Below are positions 1-9,113 of a stretch of 30,385 bases of DNA, in pieces. The DNA is taken from contig JBHHYO010000029.1 of the NCBI GenBank assembly GCA_046757665.1, forward strand, positions 1-30,385, in the 5' to 3' direction. Both the position numbers and the translations under genes were made by a program. The notes below the pieces were generated by a model, which searched no databases, was not told the origin of the DNA, and was given only the letters and a program-made list of their open reading frames with translations. The first letter of the stretch is position 1, and the number at the start of each line of letters is the position of its first letter. The DNA is from Nitrospinales bacterium (GTDB lineage Bacteria > Nitrospinota > Nitrospinia > Nitrospinales > JAJDAT01).

Positions 1-192
1 CGGTCATTTTACAATTTAATCCGTCCGTTTGGGACTTTTTCAGCAACCTGCTATACTACGGAATTTATGGACGAGAAGGGCAAAACAAAACTTGATGATT
101 TTATAAAAAACAAACTGGATCTGCCATCTTTAAAGTGTGGTTCCATTTATTTGCTTGGTGTTTCCGGGGAAAACCTTTGGAGGGTTAAGTGA
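1..192 (+). other. Open frame running in from the window edge (RSFYNLIRPFGTFSATC...ENLWRVK*); possible C-terminus of an upstream gene or a chimeric remnant
   Basis: Frame +1 has no stop from base 1 to TGA at 190-192; it runs through the IS-end-like motif at 33-53; no family recognised. Confidence 0.25.
33..53. repeat. Isolated IS/MITE-like right terminal inverted repeat (GACTTTTTCAGCAACCTGCTA)
   Basis: Its reverse complement TAGCAGGTTGCTGAAAAAGTC matches the left end of the 1585-1718 element (TAGCGGGTTGCCGGAAAAGGC) at 17/21 positions; resembles IS5/IS1182-type ends; the partner end would lie upstream of the window. Confidence 0.55.
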
Positions 193-211
193 ACTCGGGA
201 GATTTTCATCT

Positions 212-634
212 TCACACGGTGAGGGTTTTCAGGGAGTGTTTTTTGCCGTAGGCGAGGATTTTTTTGTCATCCGTTACCAGGCAGGCTCCGAGTATTCTTG
301 CCGTGGCGATGATGATTCGGTCCGCCGGGTCGCCATGGAAATTTCCCGGTAACCGGCAACTTTCAACGGCAATCTCCGGAGTCATCGGAGCCAGGGAAGT
401 GCCGGGAGCCTCCAATGCCTGTTGTACCCAGCGCAGGCAGTCCATGGAAAATTTTATCCGGCCCTTCGACTCCAGCATTCCCACTTCCCACACCGAAATT
501 GCGGACACTTTGATCGCCGAATGTTTTGCCGCTTCGTTAATGTGGGGCAGGCATTTGGATGACGCCAGTTTTTTATCGCCGGTCAGGAGCCAAATCCACA
601 CGTGGGTGTCCAGCAGGAGTAATGGATCAGCCAT
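212..634 (-). CDS. vapC: PIN-domain toxin, VapC family
   Basis: PIN motifs LLDTHVWIW, SAISVWE, HGDPADRIIIATA, LVTDD; 140 aa; start overlaps the antitoxin stop by 8 bp. Confidence 0.92.
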   Translation of the reverse strand: MADPLLLLDTHVWIWLLTGDKKLASSKCLPHINEAAKHSAIKVSAISVWEVGMLESKGRIKFSMDCLRWVQQALEAPGTSLAPMTPEIAVESCRLPGNFHGDPADRIIIATARILGACLVTDDKKILAYGKKHSLKTLTV

Positions 635-854
635 CGGCGTTCCACTTCTCCCCGGTGGGTTTGACGATATTGCCCTTTATGGTTGCCGAGCCTTTTAAAT
701 ATCCAAATAGAGACCCGGAGGCTTTTCCTCCAATCGGAACCAGTTTCGCAACGGGTTTCCCGTGCTTGGTGATAATGATCTCTTCGTGATATTTATGGAC
801 ATCGTCCATGAGCTTGAGGCATTTTGATTTAAATTGTCCCGCTCCCATTTTCAT
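627..854 (-). CDS. Phd/YefM-family antitoxin
   Basis: GAGQFKSKCLKLMDDV...EIIITKHGKPVAKLVP Phd signature; ATG at 854 preferred over TTG 869 because GGAG lies 9 nt upstream. Confidence 0.9.
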   Translation of the reverse strand: MKMGAGQFKSKCLKLMDDVHKYHEEIIITKHGKPVAKLVPIGGKASGSLFGYLKGSATIKGNIVKPTGEKWNADG

Positions 855-871
855 GCCGCTTTTCTCCAAAA

Positions 872-911
872 ATAACTATAGTCATATTATCATAGTTAAA
901 ATAAAGGTCAA
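872..911 (-). promoter_or_regulatory. Probable TA promoter/operator region
   Basis: Near-palindrome ATAACTATAGTCAT (872-885), inverted repeat TAACTAT(873-879)/ATAGTTA(892-898), and minus-strand TTGACC (911-906) just upstream of the antitoxin; the -10 box is ambiguous. Confidence 0.5.
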
Positions 912-990
912 GGCGATTCTTCTTGCAAGGCCGAAACAACAATCGCCGGTGAACCCTGATTTTTTCTTCTGAATTTTGTATCCTTGTTGC

Positions 991-1587
991 ATGTCCGCCA
1001 TGACGCCACAACGCCGGGATGGGTTAACGCTGAAAAAAGTCCTGCGCTTTCTCGCTCTGCCGTTTCGTCCCGCCGGTCTGCGGACCTGGTTTGCGGTGCG
1101 GCGGTTCGAGGACATTCCCGTGGAAAAAATTCTGCAGGCGGGAATCGAGGGGGTGCTCGTGGATGCCGACGGCACTTTATGCGACAATGGCGCCCGCCGT
1201 TTTTCCGATGCCGTGGTGCGCCATGTTCGGTTGATGCGGGAGAAGGGATTGAAACTGGCGATTTTCACCAACGCGGATGAAAACCGGTTTCAACAATTTC
1301 CCGGTATCGGCATCGTGACCGGCGTTGCCGCCAAGCCCGACCGGCGGGGATTCGAGGCCGCCATGCGGGACACCCTGCGCCTCGACGATCCCGCGAAGGT
1401 CTGCATGATCGGCGACAACTATATCACCGACGGCGGCGCCATCGACGCGGGGATGCGTTTTATCTACGTCGAACCGGTGGCGGGCAACGAAAACCCGGTG
1501 CATCGACTGACCCGCCGGTTCGCGTATCTTTGCGCCCGCCGGCATGGAGGAAAAAATTTTCGCTTTTTGTCCGGCGGTTCGGATTAG
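991..1587 (+). CDS. HAD-superfamily IIIA phosphatase, YqeG-like
   Basis: DADGT motif I, IFTN motif II, AAKP motif III, MIGDNYITDG motif IV; start ATG 991 or 1000 uncertain. Confidence 0.85.
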   Translation: MSAMTPQRRDGLTLKKVLRFLALPFRPAGLRTWFAVRRFEDIPVEKILQAGIEGVLVDADGTLCDNGARRFSDAVVRHVRLMREKGLKLAIFTNADENRFQQFPGIGIVTGVAAKPDRRGFEAAMRDTLRLDDPAKVCMIGDNYITDGGAIDAGMRFIYVEPVAGNENPVHRLTRRFAYLCARRHGGKNFRFLSGGSD

Positions 1588-1718
1588 CGGGTTGCCGGAA
1601 AAGGCAAGTTGCTTGTCATGCTGAGCTTGTCGAAGCATGGCGTCACCCTTCGACAAGCTCGGGGTGACAATTATCTCGTTCAGGATGATCCGATGATGCC
1701 TTTTCCGGCAACCTGTCA
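1585..1718. mobile_element. MITE-like element 1 (134 bp) enclosing a REP-like doublet
   Basis: Perfect 17-bp inverted repeat GGTTGCCGGAAAAGGCA (1590-1606) / TGCCTTTTCCGGCAACC (1697-1713), extendable imperfectly to 1585/1718; no credible coding capacity. Confidence 0.7.
1614..1669. repeat. Inverted doublet of 26-bp TGTC-tagged REP-like hairpins
   Basis: TGTCATGCTGAGCTTGTCGAAGCATG (1614-1639, +) and TGTCACCCCGAGCTTGTCGAAGGGTG (1669-1644, -). Confidence 0.85.
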
Positions 1719-1776
1719 GGGCAGGGCGTTTCTGTGGTCTTTACTTTTTGCCGTGTTTCAGAATAATAGAGAGGCT

Positions 1777-1938
1777 ATGCCTAAACCGTTCAAGAAAAAA
1801 ACCCGCCTGATCCTCGCCTTTGTCATCCTTTGCGCCTGCACGGTGCTGATTCTTTTCACCGGCCCCGGTTTCGGTTTTGTCTGGCAGGTGTTGATTTCCT
1901 GCATTCTGTTGTTCGTGCTTTTCTGGCTCATTACATAA
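1777..1938 (+). CDS. Small two-TM membrane protein (53 aa)
   Basis: GAGAGG RBS before ATG 1777; basic N-terminus MPKPFKKKTR then two hydrophobic segments joined by GPGFG; the longer 1609 start runs through the repeat and is unlikely. Confidence 0.6.
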   Translation: MPKPFKKKTRLILAFVILCACTVLILFTGPGFGFVWQVLISCILLFVLFWLIT

Positions 1939-1985
1939 CGCCGGGTTCCGCCTTGCCGCGTTTGCCCGGGCGCGCCTGCATCCGC

Positions 1986-2014
1986 TTGACTTGCAAGGGG
2001 TAGTCCGGTACATT
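1986..2014 (+). promoter_or_regulatory. Sigma70-like promoter for xerC-hslVU-argB
   Basis: TTGACT (1986-1991), 17 bp, TACATT (2009-2014). Confidence 0.55.
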
Positions 2015-2020
2015 GGGAAA

Positions 2021-2947
2021 ATGAAAGGGCCGTTGCGGGATTATATCGATAAATTCGAAAACTACCTCATCGTCGAGAAAAACGCCTCTCAGCATACTCT
2101 TGCGAGTTATCGTACCGACCTCAATCAATTTGCCGTGTTTTTGCAAGAGTCCGGGCGTGGCGACGCGGAGGCGGATTTGCGGGATGTGGACCGGATGGCC
2201 GTGCGCGCGTTCATGAGCCGGTTGTACGGCAAATCCTATTCCGGCGCGAGTATGGGGAGGAAGCTGGCGGCGCTCAGCTCGTTTTTCAAGTTTCTGTGCC
2301 GGGAAGGCTATCTGAAAACCAATTTTGCCAAAACCCTCCCCATTCCCAAAAAGGCGAACAAACTGCCGGTTTTTCTTTCCGTGGACGATATGTTTCTCCT
2401 TCTGGATTCGCCCAAGGCGGATTCATTCATTGGCGCGCGGGACAAGGCCATTATGGAGCTGTTTTACAGCACCGGAATGCGGATCAGCGAGTTGGCGGCC
2501 GTGCGGGAAACGCACCTGGACCTGGACAACCGCATGGCGCTGGCCCTGGGAAAGGGCAAGAAGGAGCGGCTTGTGCCCATGGGGCGAAAAGCCGTCGAAG
2601 CGATCAAGGCGTATCAGACTTTCCGTGAACAAATGATTTGCAAGCGCAAGCTCACCCCGCCGCCGAAGGCGTTTTTCTTGAACAACCGGGGAACCGGTAT
2701 TACGGTCCGCGGAATCAGAAAGGCCCTGGACCGGTATACCCGGGGCTTTCCCGGCCGCGTTTCTCCGCACACCCTCAGGCACTCGTTTGCCACGCATTTG
2801 CTGGAGGGGGGCGCCGACCTGCGGTCCATTCAGGAAATGCTGGGCCATGCCCATCTGTCCACCACGCAAAAATACACGCACGTGACGGTGGACCGGCTCA
2901 TGCAGGTTTATGACCGCGCCCACCCCCGGGCGCAGAAGAACGATTGA
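2021..2947 (+). CDS. xerC: Tyrosine recombinase XerC
   Basis: Catalytic residues in GMRISE, GKGKKER, HTLRHSFATH, LGH, TQKYTH; ends HPRA; directly upstream of hslVU; ATG 2021 preferred over TTG 1991. Confidence 0.9.
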   Translation: MKGPLRDYIDKFENYLIVEKNASQHTLASYRTDLNQFAVFLQESGRGDAEADLRDVDRMAVRAFMSRLYGKSYSGASMGRKLAALSSFFKFLCREGYLKTNFAKTLPIPKKANKLPVFLSVDDMFLLLDSPKADSFIGARDKAIMELFYSTGMRISELAAVRETHLDLDNRMALALGKGKKERLVPMGRKAVEAIKAYQTFREQMICKRKLTPPPKAFFLNNRGTGITVRGIRKALDRYTRGFPGRVSPHTLRHSFATHLLEGGADLRSIQEMLGHAHLSTTQKYTHVTVDRLMQVYDRAHPRAQKND

Positions 2948-2953
2948 AAAATT

Positions 2954-3478
2954 ATGCGCGGAACCACTATTCTCACCGTCAGGCATAAAGGCAAGGTGGC
3001 CATGGCCGGCGACGGCCAGGTGACCCTCGGCAACACCATCGTCAAGCATACCGCCAGAAAGATTCGGCGGATGTATCATGATAAAATCATCGGCGGGTTT
3101 GCCGGGTCCACGGCGGACGCCTTTGCCTTGTTTTCCAAGTTCGAGGAGAAGCTGGAAAAGTTTCAGGGCAACCTCACCCGCTCCTCGGTGGAGCTTGCCA
3201 AGGACTGGCGCATGGACAAGGCCCTGCGCCGCCTGGAAGCCATGCTGGTCGTCGCGGACCAGGAAAACTCGTTTTTGCTTTCGGGAACCGGGGATGTCAT
3301 CGAGCCCGATGATGGGATCATCGGCATCGGCTCCGGCGGCATGTATGCCTACGCCGCCGCCAAGGCATTGGTCCTGCACACGGACATCGAGGCCCGGGGG
3401 GTTGTGGATGAAGCCATGAAAATCGCTCATACCATTTGCATTTACACGAACGCCAATATCGTTATAGAGGAACTTTAA
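2954..3478 (+). CDS. hslV: ATP-dependent protease peptidase subunit HslV
   Basis: N-terminal GTTIL (catalytic Thr), [27 protein letters not shown]. Confidence 0.97.
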   Translation: MRGTTILTVRHKGKVAMAGDGQVTLGNTIVKHTARKIRRMYHDKIIGGFAGSTADAFALFSKFEEKLEKFQGNLTRSSVELAKDWRMDKALRRLEAMLVVADQENSFLLSGTGDVIEPDDGIIGIGSGGMYAYAAAKALVLHTDIEARGVVDEAMKIAHTICIYTNANIVIEEL

Positions 3479-3535
3479 TCCATGGATACCTCCCTGGCGG
3501 TGGGTCCGCCTGCAAAAAAGGAGAGGGTTGACTTT

Positions 3536-4894
3536 GTGGAGTCGTTGACCCCCCGGGAAATCGTCAAGGCGCTTGACAAATATATCGTCGGGCAAAAGAA
3601 AGCCAAGCGGGCGGTGGCCATCGCCCTGCGGAACCGGTGGCGTCGGCAACGGCTTCCGGACAACTTGCGCGACGAGGTGGCTCCGAAAAACATCCTCATG
3701 ATCGGCCCCACCGGCGTCGGCAAAACGGAAATCGCCCGGCGGCTGGCCAAGCTGACCAAATCTCCCTTCGTCAAGGTCGAGGCCTCGAAATATACCGAGG
3801 TGGGCTATGTGGGCCGCGATGTCGAATCCATGATCCGCGACCTGGTCGAACTGACCAAAACCATGGTCAAGGAGGAAAAAGAATTGCAGGTCCGGGAAAA
3901 GGCCCGGGAGTTCGCCGAGGAGCGTCTGCTGGATATCCTTTTGCCGCCTCATCCGCAAAGCCGGCCGGGTGCGTCGAGCGAACCGGGGCAGGATACGTCC
4001 GCCAGGGAGCAATACCAGCATACCCGCGAAAAATTCCGGTCTTACCTGCGGGACGGCCGGTTTGACGACCGCATTGTCGAAGTGGAGATCCAGGAAAAAA
4101 TGACGCCCATGATCGAGGTTATCTCCGGCGCGGGCATGGAGGACATGGACAACAACATTAAGGACATGCTGGGTTCGCTCATGCCGCCCAAAAAGAAAAG
4201 CAAAAAGCTGAAGGTTCCGGAAGCGCTCAAGATTTTGACCCAGGAGGAGGCGCAGAAACTGATCGACCAGGATCATCTGGTACAGGAAAGCGTGGAACGG
4301 GCCGAGCAGGGTGGAATTATTTTTATCGACGAGATCGACAAAATTATCGGCCGCCAGGGGATGCAGGGGCCGGATGTCTCGCGCGAGGGCGTGCAACGCG
4401 ACCTGCTACCCATTGTCGAGGGATCGTCGATCAACACCAAATATGGAATTGTCAAAACCGATCATATTCTGTTCATTGCCGCCGGCGCGTTCCATTCCGC
4501 CAAGCCGGCGGATTTGATCCCGGAGTTTCAGGGCCGGTTTCCCATTCGGGTGGAGCTGGACTCCCTCACCATGGATGACTTCATCAGAATTTTGACCGAG
4601 CCCAACAATGCCCTGATCAAGCAGTACATCGCTCTCATGAAAACCGAGGGGGTGAATCTGGAATTCAAGGAAGACGCCGTCCGGGAGATCGCCAGAATGT
4701 CCGCCGTCGTCAACGACAAAACCGAAAACATCGGCGCGCGGCGGTTGCAGACGGTTATGGAAAAACTCCTGGAAGATGTCTCTTTTGACGCTCCCACCCT
4801 GGAAGAAAAAAATATCGCCATCGATGCCGCTTACGTGAACGACAAGCTCAAGAACATCATCGAAAACCAGGATTTGAGCCGCTACATCCTCTAG
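3536..4894 (+). CDS. hslU: ATP-dependent protease ATPase subunit HslU
   Basis: [16 protein letters not shown] Walker A, GYVGRD, FIDEIDK Walker B, NIGARRL, DLSRYIL C-terminus; GTG 3536 has an AAGGAGAGG RBS (ORF track start is 3482). Confidence 0.97.
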   Translation: MESLTPREIVKALDKYIVGQKKAKRAVAIALRNRWRRQRLPDNLRDEVAPKNILMIGPTGVGKTEIARRLAKLTKSPFVKVEASKYTEVGYVGRDVESMIRDLVELTKTMVKEEKELQVREKAREFAEERLLDILLPPHPQSRPGASSEPGQDTSAREQYQHTREKFRSYLRDGRFDDRIVEVEIQEKMTPMIEVISGAGMEDMDNNIKDMLGSLMPPKKKSKKLKVPEALKILTQEEAQKLIDQDHLVQESVERAEQGGIIFIDEIDKIIGRQGMQGPDVSREGVQRDLLPIVEGSSINTKYGIVKTDHILFIAAGAFHSAKPADLIPEFQGRFPIRVELDSLTMDDFIRILTEPNNALIKQYIALMKTEGVNLEFKEDAVREIARMSAVVNDKTENIGARRLQTVMEKLLEDVSFDAPTLEEKNIAIDAAYVNDKLKNIIENQDLSRYIL

Positions 4895-4902
4895 CAACGG
4901 TC

Positions 4903-5787
4903 ATGAAAAAAGTCATCGAAAAAGCGGAAGTTCTGCTCGAAGCCCTGCCTTACATCAAGGCGTTTTACGGAAAAACCATTGTCATCAAGTACGGCGGCCA
5001 TGCCATGGTTTCAGGGAATCTTCGAGAGAGTTTTGCCCTTGACGTGGTGATGATGAAGTATATCGGCATCAATCCCGTTGTCGTTCACGGCGGCGGGCCG
5101 CAGATCGGCCTGATTCTGGAAAGTATGGGCATCGAGTCCAAATTCGTTGACGGCCAGCGGGTGACCAACCAGAGCACGATCGACGTCGTTGAAATGGTGC
5201 TGGGCGGGAAAATCAATCAGGAAATCGTTTCGCTGATCAACCGCCACGGCGGCAACGCGGTGGGTCTCACCGGAAAAGACGGCGACCTTATCCAGGCCCG
5301 GCGTTACCGCAAAGTCAAGCAGTCCGCGGAAACCGCGCGCCCGGAAATCATCGATCTGGGCCTGGTCGGGGAAATCCGGAAGGTCAACGCGGGGATTCTC
5401 GAAACATTGGATCAGCATGAGTTCATCCCCGTTATCGCCCCCATTGGCCGCGGGGACAATGGGCAAACGCTCAACATCAACGCCGATTTCGTGGCATCAA
5501 AAGTCGCCTCTGCGCTCAAGGCGGAAAAGCTGGTGCTGATGACCGACATCGAAGGCGTCAAGGGAGAAAACGGCATCCACGCGCCCAAGCTCAACCGTGC
5601 GGAGGCGACGGCATTGATCGAGAACAACGTGATCGCCGGTGGCATGTTGCCCAAGGTGCGGTGTTGCCTCGACGCGCTGAGCGAGGGGGTCCACCATACC
5701 CATATTATTGATGGAAGAGTCAAACATGCGCTTCTTCTGGAAATTTTCACCCAAAAAGGAATCGGTACGCAGATTCTGGAAGAATGA
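4903..5787 (+). CDS. argB: Acetylglutamate kinase
   Basis: IKYGGHAM, VHGGGPQI, NINAD, GGMLPK, IIDGRVKHALLLEIFT. Confidence 0.97.
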   Translation: MKKVIEKAEVLLEALPYIKAFYGKTIVIKYGGHAMVSGNLRESFALDVVMMKYIGINPVVVHGGGPQIGLILESMGIESKFVDGQRVTNQSTIDVVEMVLGGKINQEIVSLINRHGGNAVGLTGKDGDLIQARRYRKVKQSAETARPEIIDLGLVGEIRKVNAGILETLDQHEFIPVIAPIGRGDNGQTLNINADFVASKVASALKAEKLVLMTDIEGVKGENGIHAPKLNRAEATALIENNVIAGGMLPKVRCCLDALSEGVHHTHIIDGRVKHALLLEIFTQKGIGTQILEE

Positions 5788-5848
5788 AGCTGTTTTCATC
5801 CGCCGGGAGACGCCGCAATCCGGGGGTTCCCCTTCGGTTTGCCGGTCG

Positions 5849-5878
5849 TTGACAACAAACATCGTTAATTGGTAGCTT
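5849..5878 (+). promoter_or_regulatory. Sigma70-like promoter for hrcA-grpE
   Basis: TTGACA (5849-5854), 18 bp, TGn-extended TAGCTT (5873-5878). Confidence 0.55.
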
Positions 5879-5915
5879 ATTTTAAGATGACAGGGATCAT
5901 TCCTGGAGTTGCCCC

Positions 5916-6974
5916 ATGACTCAAGGCGCGGTATTAAACCAACGAAGCGAAGCCATACTCCGGCAGATTATCAGTTATTACATTGCCACCGGCGAACCCG
6001 TGGGTTCCCGAAGCGTCGCCAGAAAACATTTTGAAAAGCTGAGTCCGGCGACCATCCGCAATGTGATGTCCGACCTGGAGGACATGGGCTACTTGCGTCA
6101 GCCCCACACCTCTGCCGGACGGGTTCCCACGGACAAGGGCTATCGGTTTTTCGTGGATCAGCTTTTGCAACCCTATTCCATGCCCGATGAATCGAATATT
6201 CTGGAAGGATACGAAATCCAGAATTCGACTCTGGAGGAAGTTCTGGCCACCGCCTGTGAAAACCTCTCCAGAAATTCCAATCAAACCGGCCTGGTCATGC
6301 TCCCCGGTTTTTCGCAAATGCTGTTCAAGCACATCGAGTTTATTAAAGTGGGCGCCAACGAGGCTCTGGCCGCTTTTATTTCCGAAATGGGAATTCTACA
6401 GCATAAAATCATTCCGATCGAAAGGGAAATAACCCAGGAAAAACTGACCTCCATCTCAAAATACCTGAACGAGGAATTCAGCGGAAAATCTCTTAAAACC
6501 ATTCAGCGCGAATTGGCATTCCGCATAAAAAGCGAGCGGGAACATTATAATCAGTTGATGAAGAAAGCCATCGAGCTTTGGTCGAAAACGTTCACGGATG
6601 AAGAGGAGACCGGGGAACTTCTGGTTGATGGGGTTTTGAACTTTTTCGACCAGCCCGACTTTTCCGCCGATTTGGAAAAAATGAAAATCATCATAAAAAC
6701 CATCGAGGAAAAAACCAAGCTGATCAAACTCCTCGACACCTGCCTGAAACATGACGGGATGACCATTATCATAGGCGAGGAGAGCCACGACGAAGCTATC
6801 CAGGGATGCTCGCTGGTCGCGCAAAACTACCGGTTGGGCGACGATACCGTGGGCGCCATGGCGGTGTTCGGTCCCAAACGGATGGATTACAAGAAAATAA
6901 TCGCCGTGGTGAATCATACGGCAAAAACCGTTTCCCAGCTCTTGTTGGACCGGAATAAAAAGGAGTTCGATTGA
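5916..6974 (+). CDS. hrcA: Heat-inducible transcription repressor HrcA
   Basis: GEPVGSR, SPATIRNVMSDLE, PHTSAGRVPTDKGYRFFVD, GPKRMDY; followed by grpE. Confidence 0.96.
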   Translation: MTQGAVLNQRSEAILRQIISYYIATGEPVGSRSVARKHFEKLSPATIRNVMSDLEDMGYLRQPHTSAGRVPTDKGYRFFVDQLLQPYSMPDESNILEGYEIQNSTLEEVLATACENLSRNSNQTGLVMLPGFSQMLFKHIEFIKVGANEALAAFISEMGILQHKIIPIEREITQEKLTSISKYLNEEFSGKSLKTIQRELAFRIKSEREHYNQLMKKAIELWSKTFTDEEETGELLVDGVLNFFDQPDFSADLEKMKIIIKTIEEKTKLIKLLDTCLKHDGMTIIIGEESHDEAIQGCSLVAQNYRLGDDTVGAMAVFGPKRMDYKKIIAVVNHTAKTVSQLLLDRNKKEFD

Positions 6975-6978
6975 TCGT

Positions 6979-7635
6979 ATGAAATTCAAAAAAAACAAGC
7001 AGACCAAAACCGCGGACTTCCCCGCGGAAGACGATGGCGGCAACTCGGAAGCAGACCGTTCGTTTGAGGAAAATGGTTCCGGGGAAGACACCGGCGTAAG
7101 CAAGGCGGCTCCAACCCTGGAAGAACAGCTTCGCCAAAAGGAAGAAGAAACGAGTCGCTTGCAGGAACGGTTTCTGCGATTGCAGGCGGAAACGGATAAT
7201 TTCAAAAAACGCTTGCTCCGTGAAAAGAGCGATTTCGCGCAGTTTGCCAATGAAAGACTGATCAAGGAGCTGATTCCCATTCACGAAAACCTGGAACGGG
7301 CTCTTGCCGCACCCGACACCAACGCCCGGAGCCTGAAAGAAGGGGTGGAAATGATTTTCAAGCAATTCACCGCGCTTCTGGAAAAGGAAAAAGTCGAGCC
7401 GATTCCCACCGTGGGAAAAAAGTTCGACCCGGCCGTGCATGAAGCGTTGAGCCAGGTTGAATCGGACGAGCATGAAGAAAATACGGTTGTGCAGGAGTTT
7501 TCCAAGGGATTTTTCATGAATGGCCGCGTGTTGAGACCCGCGAAAGTGGTCATTTCAAAAAAACCCGCCAAGAGCAAGCCGGGTCATCACGCAAAAGGCG
7601 GGAAAAAGCACAAACAAACCACCGGGTCTGCCTAG
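6979..7635 (+). CDS. grpE: Nucleotide exchange factor GrpE
   Basis: LRLQAETDNFKKR, NLERAL, FDPAVHEA, GRVLRPAKVVI. Confidence 0.96.
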   Translation: MKFKKNKQTKTADFPAEDDGGNSEADRSFEENGSGEDTGVSKAAPTLEEQLRQKEEETSRLQERFLRLQAETDNFKKRLLREKSDFAQFANERLIKELIPIHENLERALAAPDTNARSLKEGVEMIFKQFTALLEKEKVEPIPTVGKKFDPAVHEALSQVESDEHEENTVVQEFSKGFFMNGRVLRPAKVVISKKPAKSKPGHHAKGGKKHKQTTGSA

Positions 7636-7660
7636 CCGCCGGCCGCAAAGAAAATTACTC

Positions 7661-8479
7661 TTGCCGGAACTGCCCGAAGTAGAAACTCTCAGACGCGCTC
7701 TCATCCCGCTTGTTCAAGACAAAACCCTGCTGAAGATCAAGTTTTTCCGCCGGGACCTGCGGTTTCCGATGCCGCGCCGGATATTGGCCGCCAAAGTTAA
7801 AGGTGCGGTGGTTCGCCATTTGGCGCGGCGCGGCAAGTATCTTCTTTTTCACGTGCCCGGCGGCGCCATGATCTGGCATCTTGGCATGAGCGGGCGGGTC
7901 ACCCAGCGTCCCTCCATGGAACCCGTCGAAAAACACACCCATGCGGTGTTCAAGTTCGAACCGGAGACGTATCTGCATTTCATTGACCCGCGCCGTTTCG
8001 GCAGTATCCTCTGGGCGCCCGAAAACCGGGGACATCCGCTTCTGAATCATTTGGGGATGGACCCCTTCGACCGCGAAACCACCGCCGGGGCGCTGAAAAC
8101 ATCCGCGCACAAGTCCAGGGCGCCCATCAAATCCTTCCTGATGAACTCGCGGCGGCTGGCGGGTATCGGCAACATTTATGCTTGCGAGACGCTCTTCGCC
8201 TTTCCCATGAATCCCAAACGCCCGGCGGGCAGGCTCACCCTCAGGGATTGGCAACGTTTATTGGATGTTCTGCGCGCCACCCTGAGCAAAAGCATAGCCT
8301 CCGGCGGCACCACCTTGCGCGACTTTTTCAATCCCGACGGTTCGGCGGGTTATTTCGCAACGCACCTGGCCGTTTACGGAAAGGAAAACCAGCCCTGTCC
8401 CAATTGCGGCGTTCCCATTGCCCGGACCGTTCAATGTGGACGCTCGACGTTCTTTTGCAAGGCCTGCCAGAAGAAATAA
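7661..8479 (+). CDS. mutM: Formamidopyrimidine-DNA glycosylase
   Basis: (M)PELPEVE N-terminus from a TTG start, RRGKYL, HLGMSG, GIGNIYACE, C-terminal zinc finger CPNC...CKAC. Confidence 0.96.
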   Translation: MPELPEVETLRRALIPLVQDKTLLKIKFFRRDLRFPMPRRILAAKVKGAVVRHLARRGKYLLFHVPGGAMIWHLGMSGRVTQRPSMEPVEKHTHAVFKFEPETYLHFIDPRRFGSILWAPENRGHPLLNHLGMDPFDRETTAGALKTSAHKSRAPIKSFLMNSRRLAGIGNIYACETLFAFPMNPKRPAGRLTLRDWQRLLDVLRATLSKSIASGGTTLRDFFNPDGSAGYFATHLAVYGKENQPCPNCGVPIARTVQCGRSTFFCKACQKK

Positions 8480-8637
8480 TCGCGCCGCATTGCAAAACCC
8501 GATCGTTGATCTTTCTTTAATTTCGAGTTGAAAATGCGTAGTATAATGGTTAACAAAATGTGTGTCCCGAAGTTGAACGTCTTTTCATAACCGCGGTTAT
8601 TTCAGAAAAATCCGGCATTCTTTTAAAGGGGATTTTT

Positions 8638-8826
8638 ATGAATATTTCTAAAAAGAAACTGGAGTCTCTTGTTCATGGGCTTCCCGATGAAGTGGATACC
8701 GAAGAAGTCATGTATCGTCTTTATCTTCTTCAAAAAATTGAAACGGGGGAAAATGATGCTCAGAAAGGGCACACCTTGTCCAACACCGACGCAATTGACA
8801 GATTATCGAATAAATGGCGGAACTGA
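8638..8826 (+). CDS. Putative antitoxin (62 aa) of a RelE/ParE-type module
   Basis: Small ORF (LPDEVDTEEVMYRLYLLQKIETG...GHTLS) overlapping the toxin start by 13 bp; AAGGGG RBS; TATAAT at 8542-8547 upstream. Confidence 0.75.
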   Translation: MNISKKKLESLVHGLPDEVDTEEVMYRLYLLQKIETGENDAQKGHTLSNTDAIDRLSNKWRN

Positions 8827-9113
8827 TCTGGAGTGAAAAATCCGTCTCGGACCTGGAAGAAATCTACGATTATATAGCAAACGATTCCCCAAATTATGCC
8901 CGCCAACAAGTAGAACGAATTTGGCAATCGGCTCAGCGTTTGTGCCGGTTTCCCGAATCAGGTCATCGTTTGCCGGAGTATCCCCAATTACCCCATCGAG
9001 AGCTTGTCGTTGGGAATTACCGTGTGATTTATCGTCATGATCCTCAAAAAGATGAGGTTATGGTCGTGACCGTGACGCATGGGGCTCGGAGGCTTGGAAG
9101 ACCCGGCAAATAA
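8814..9113 (+). CDS. RelE/ParE-family toxin
   Basis: IWSEKSVSDLEEIYDYIANDSP, FPESG, RELVVGNYRVIYR, VTHGAR pattern; 99 aa. Confidence 0.88.
   Translation: MAELIWSEKSVSDLEEIYDYIANDSPNYARQQVERIWQSAQRLCRFPESGHRLPEYPQLPHRELVVGNYRVIYRHDPQKDEVMVVTVTHGARRLGRPGK

Noticed and set aside
1609-1776. N-terminal extension MLVMLSLSKHGVTLRQARGD, and similar peptides in ORFs spanning 18274-18549
   Set aside because: Translations of the REP-like hairpins, not protein homology
2021-2947. Tyrosine recombinase as a prophage or island integrase
   Set aside because: XerC-like sequence in the conserved xerC-hslVU context; no att site, tRNA or phage genes
2423-4396. 657-aa antisense ORF
   Set aside because: Shadow frame opposite xerC-hslV-hslU; no recognisable motifs; expected from GC-biased codon usage
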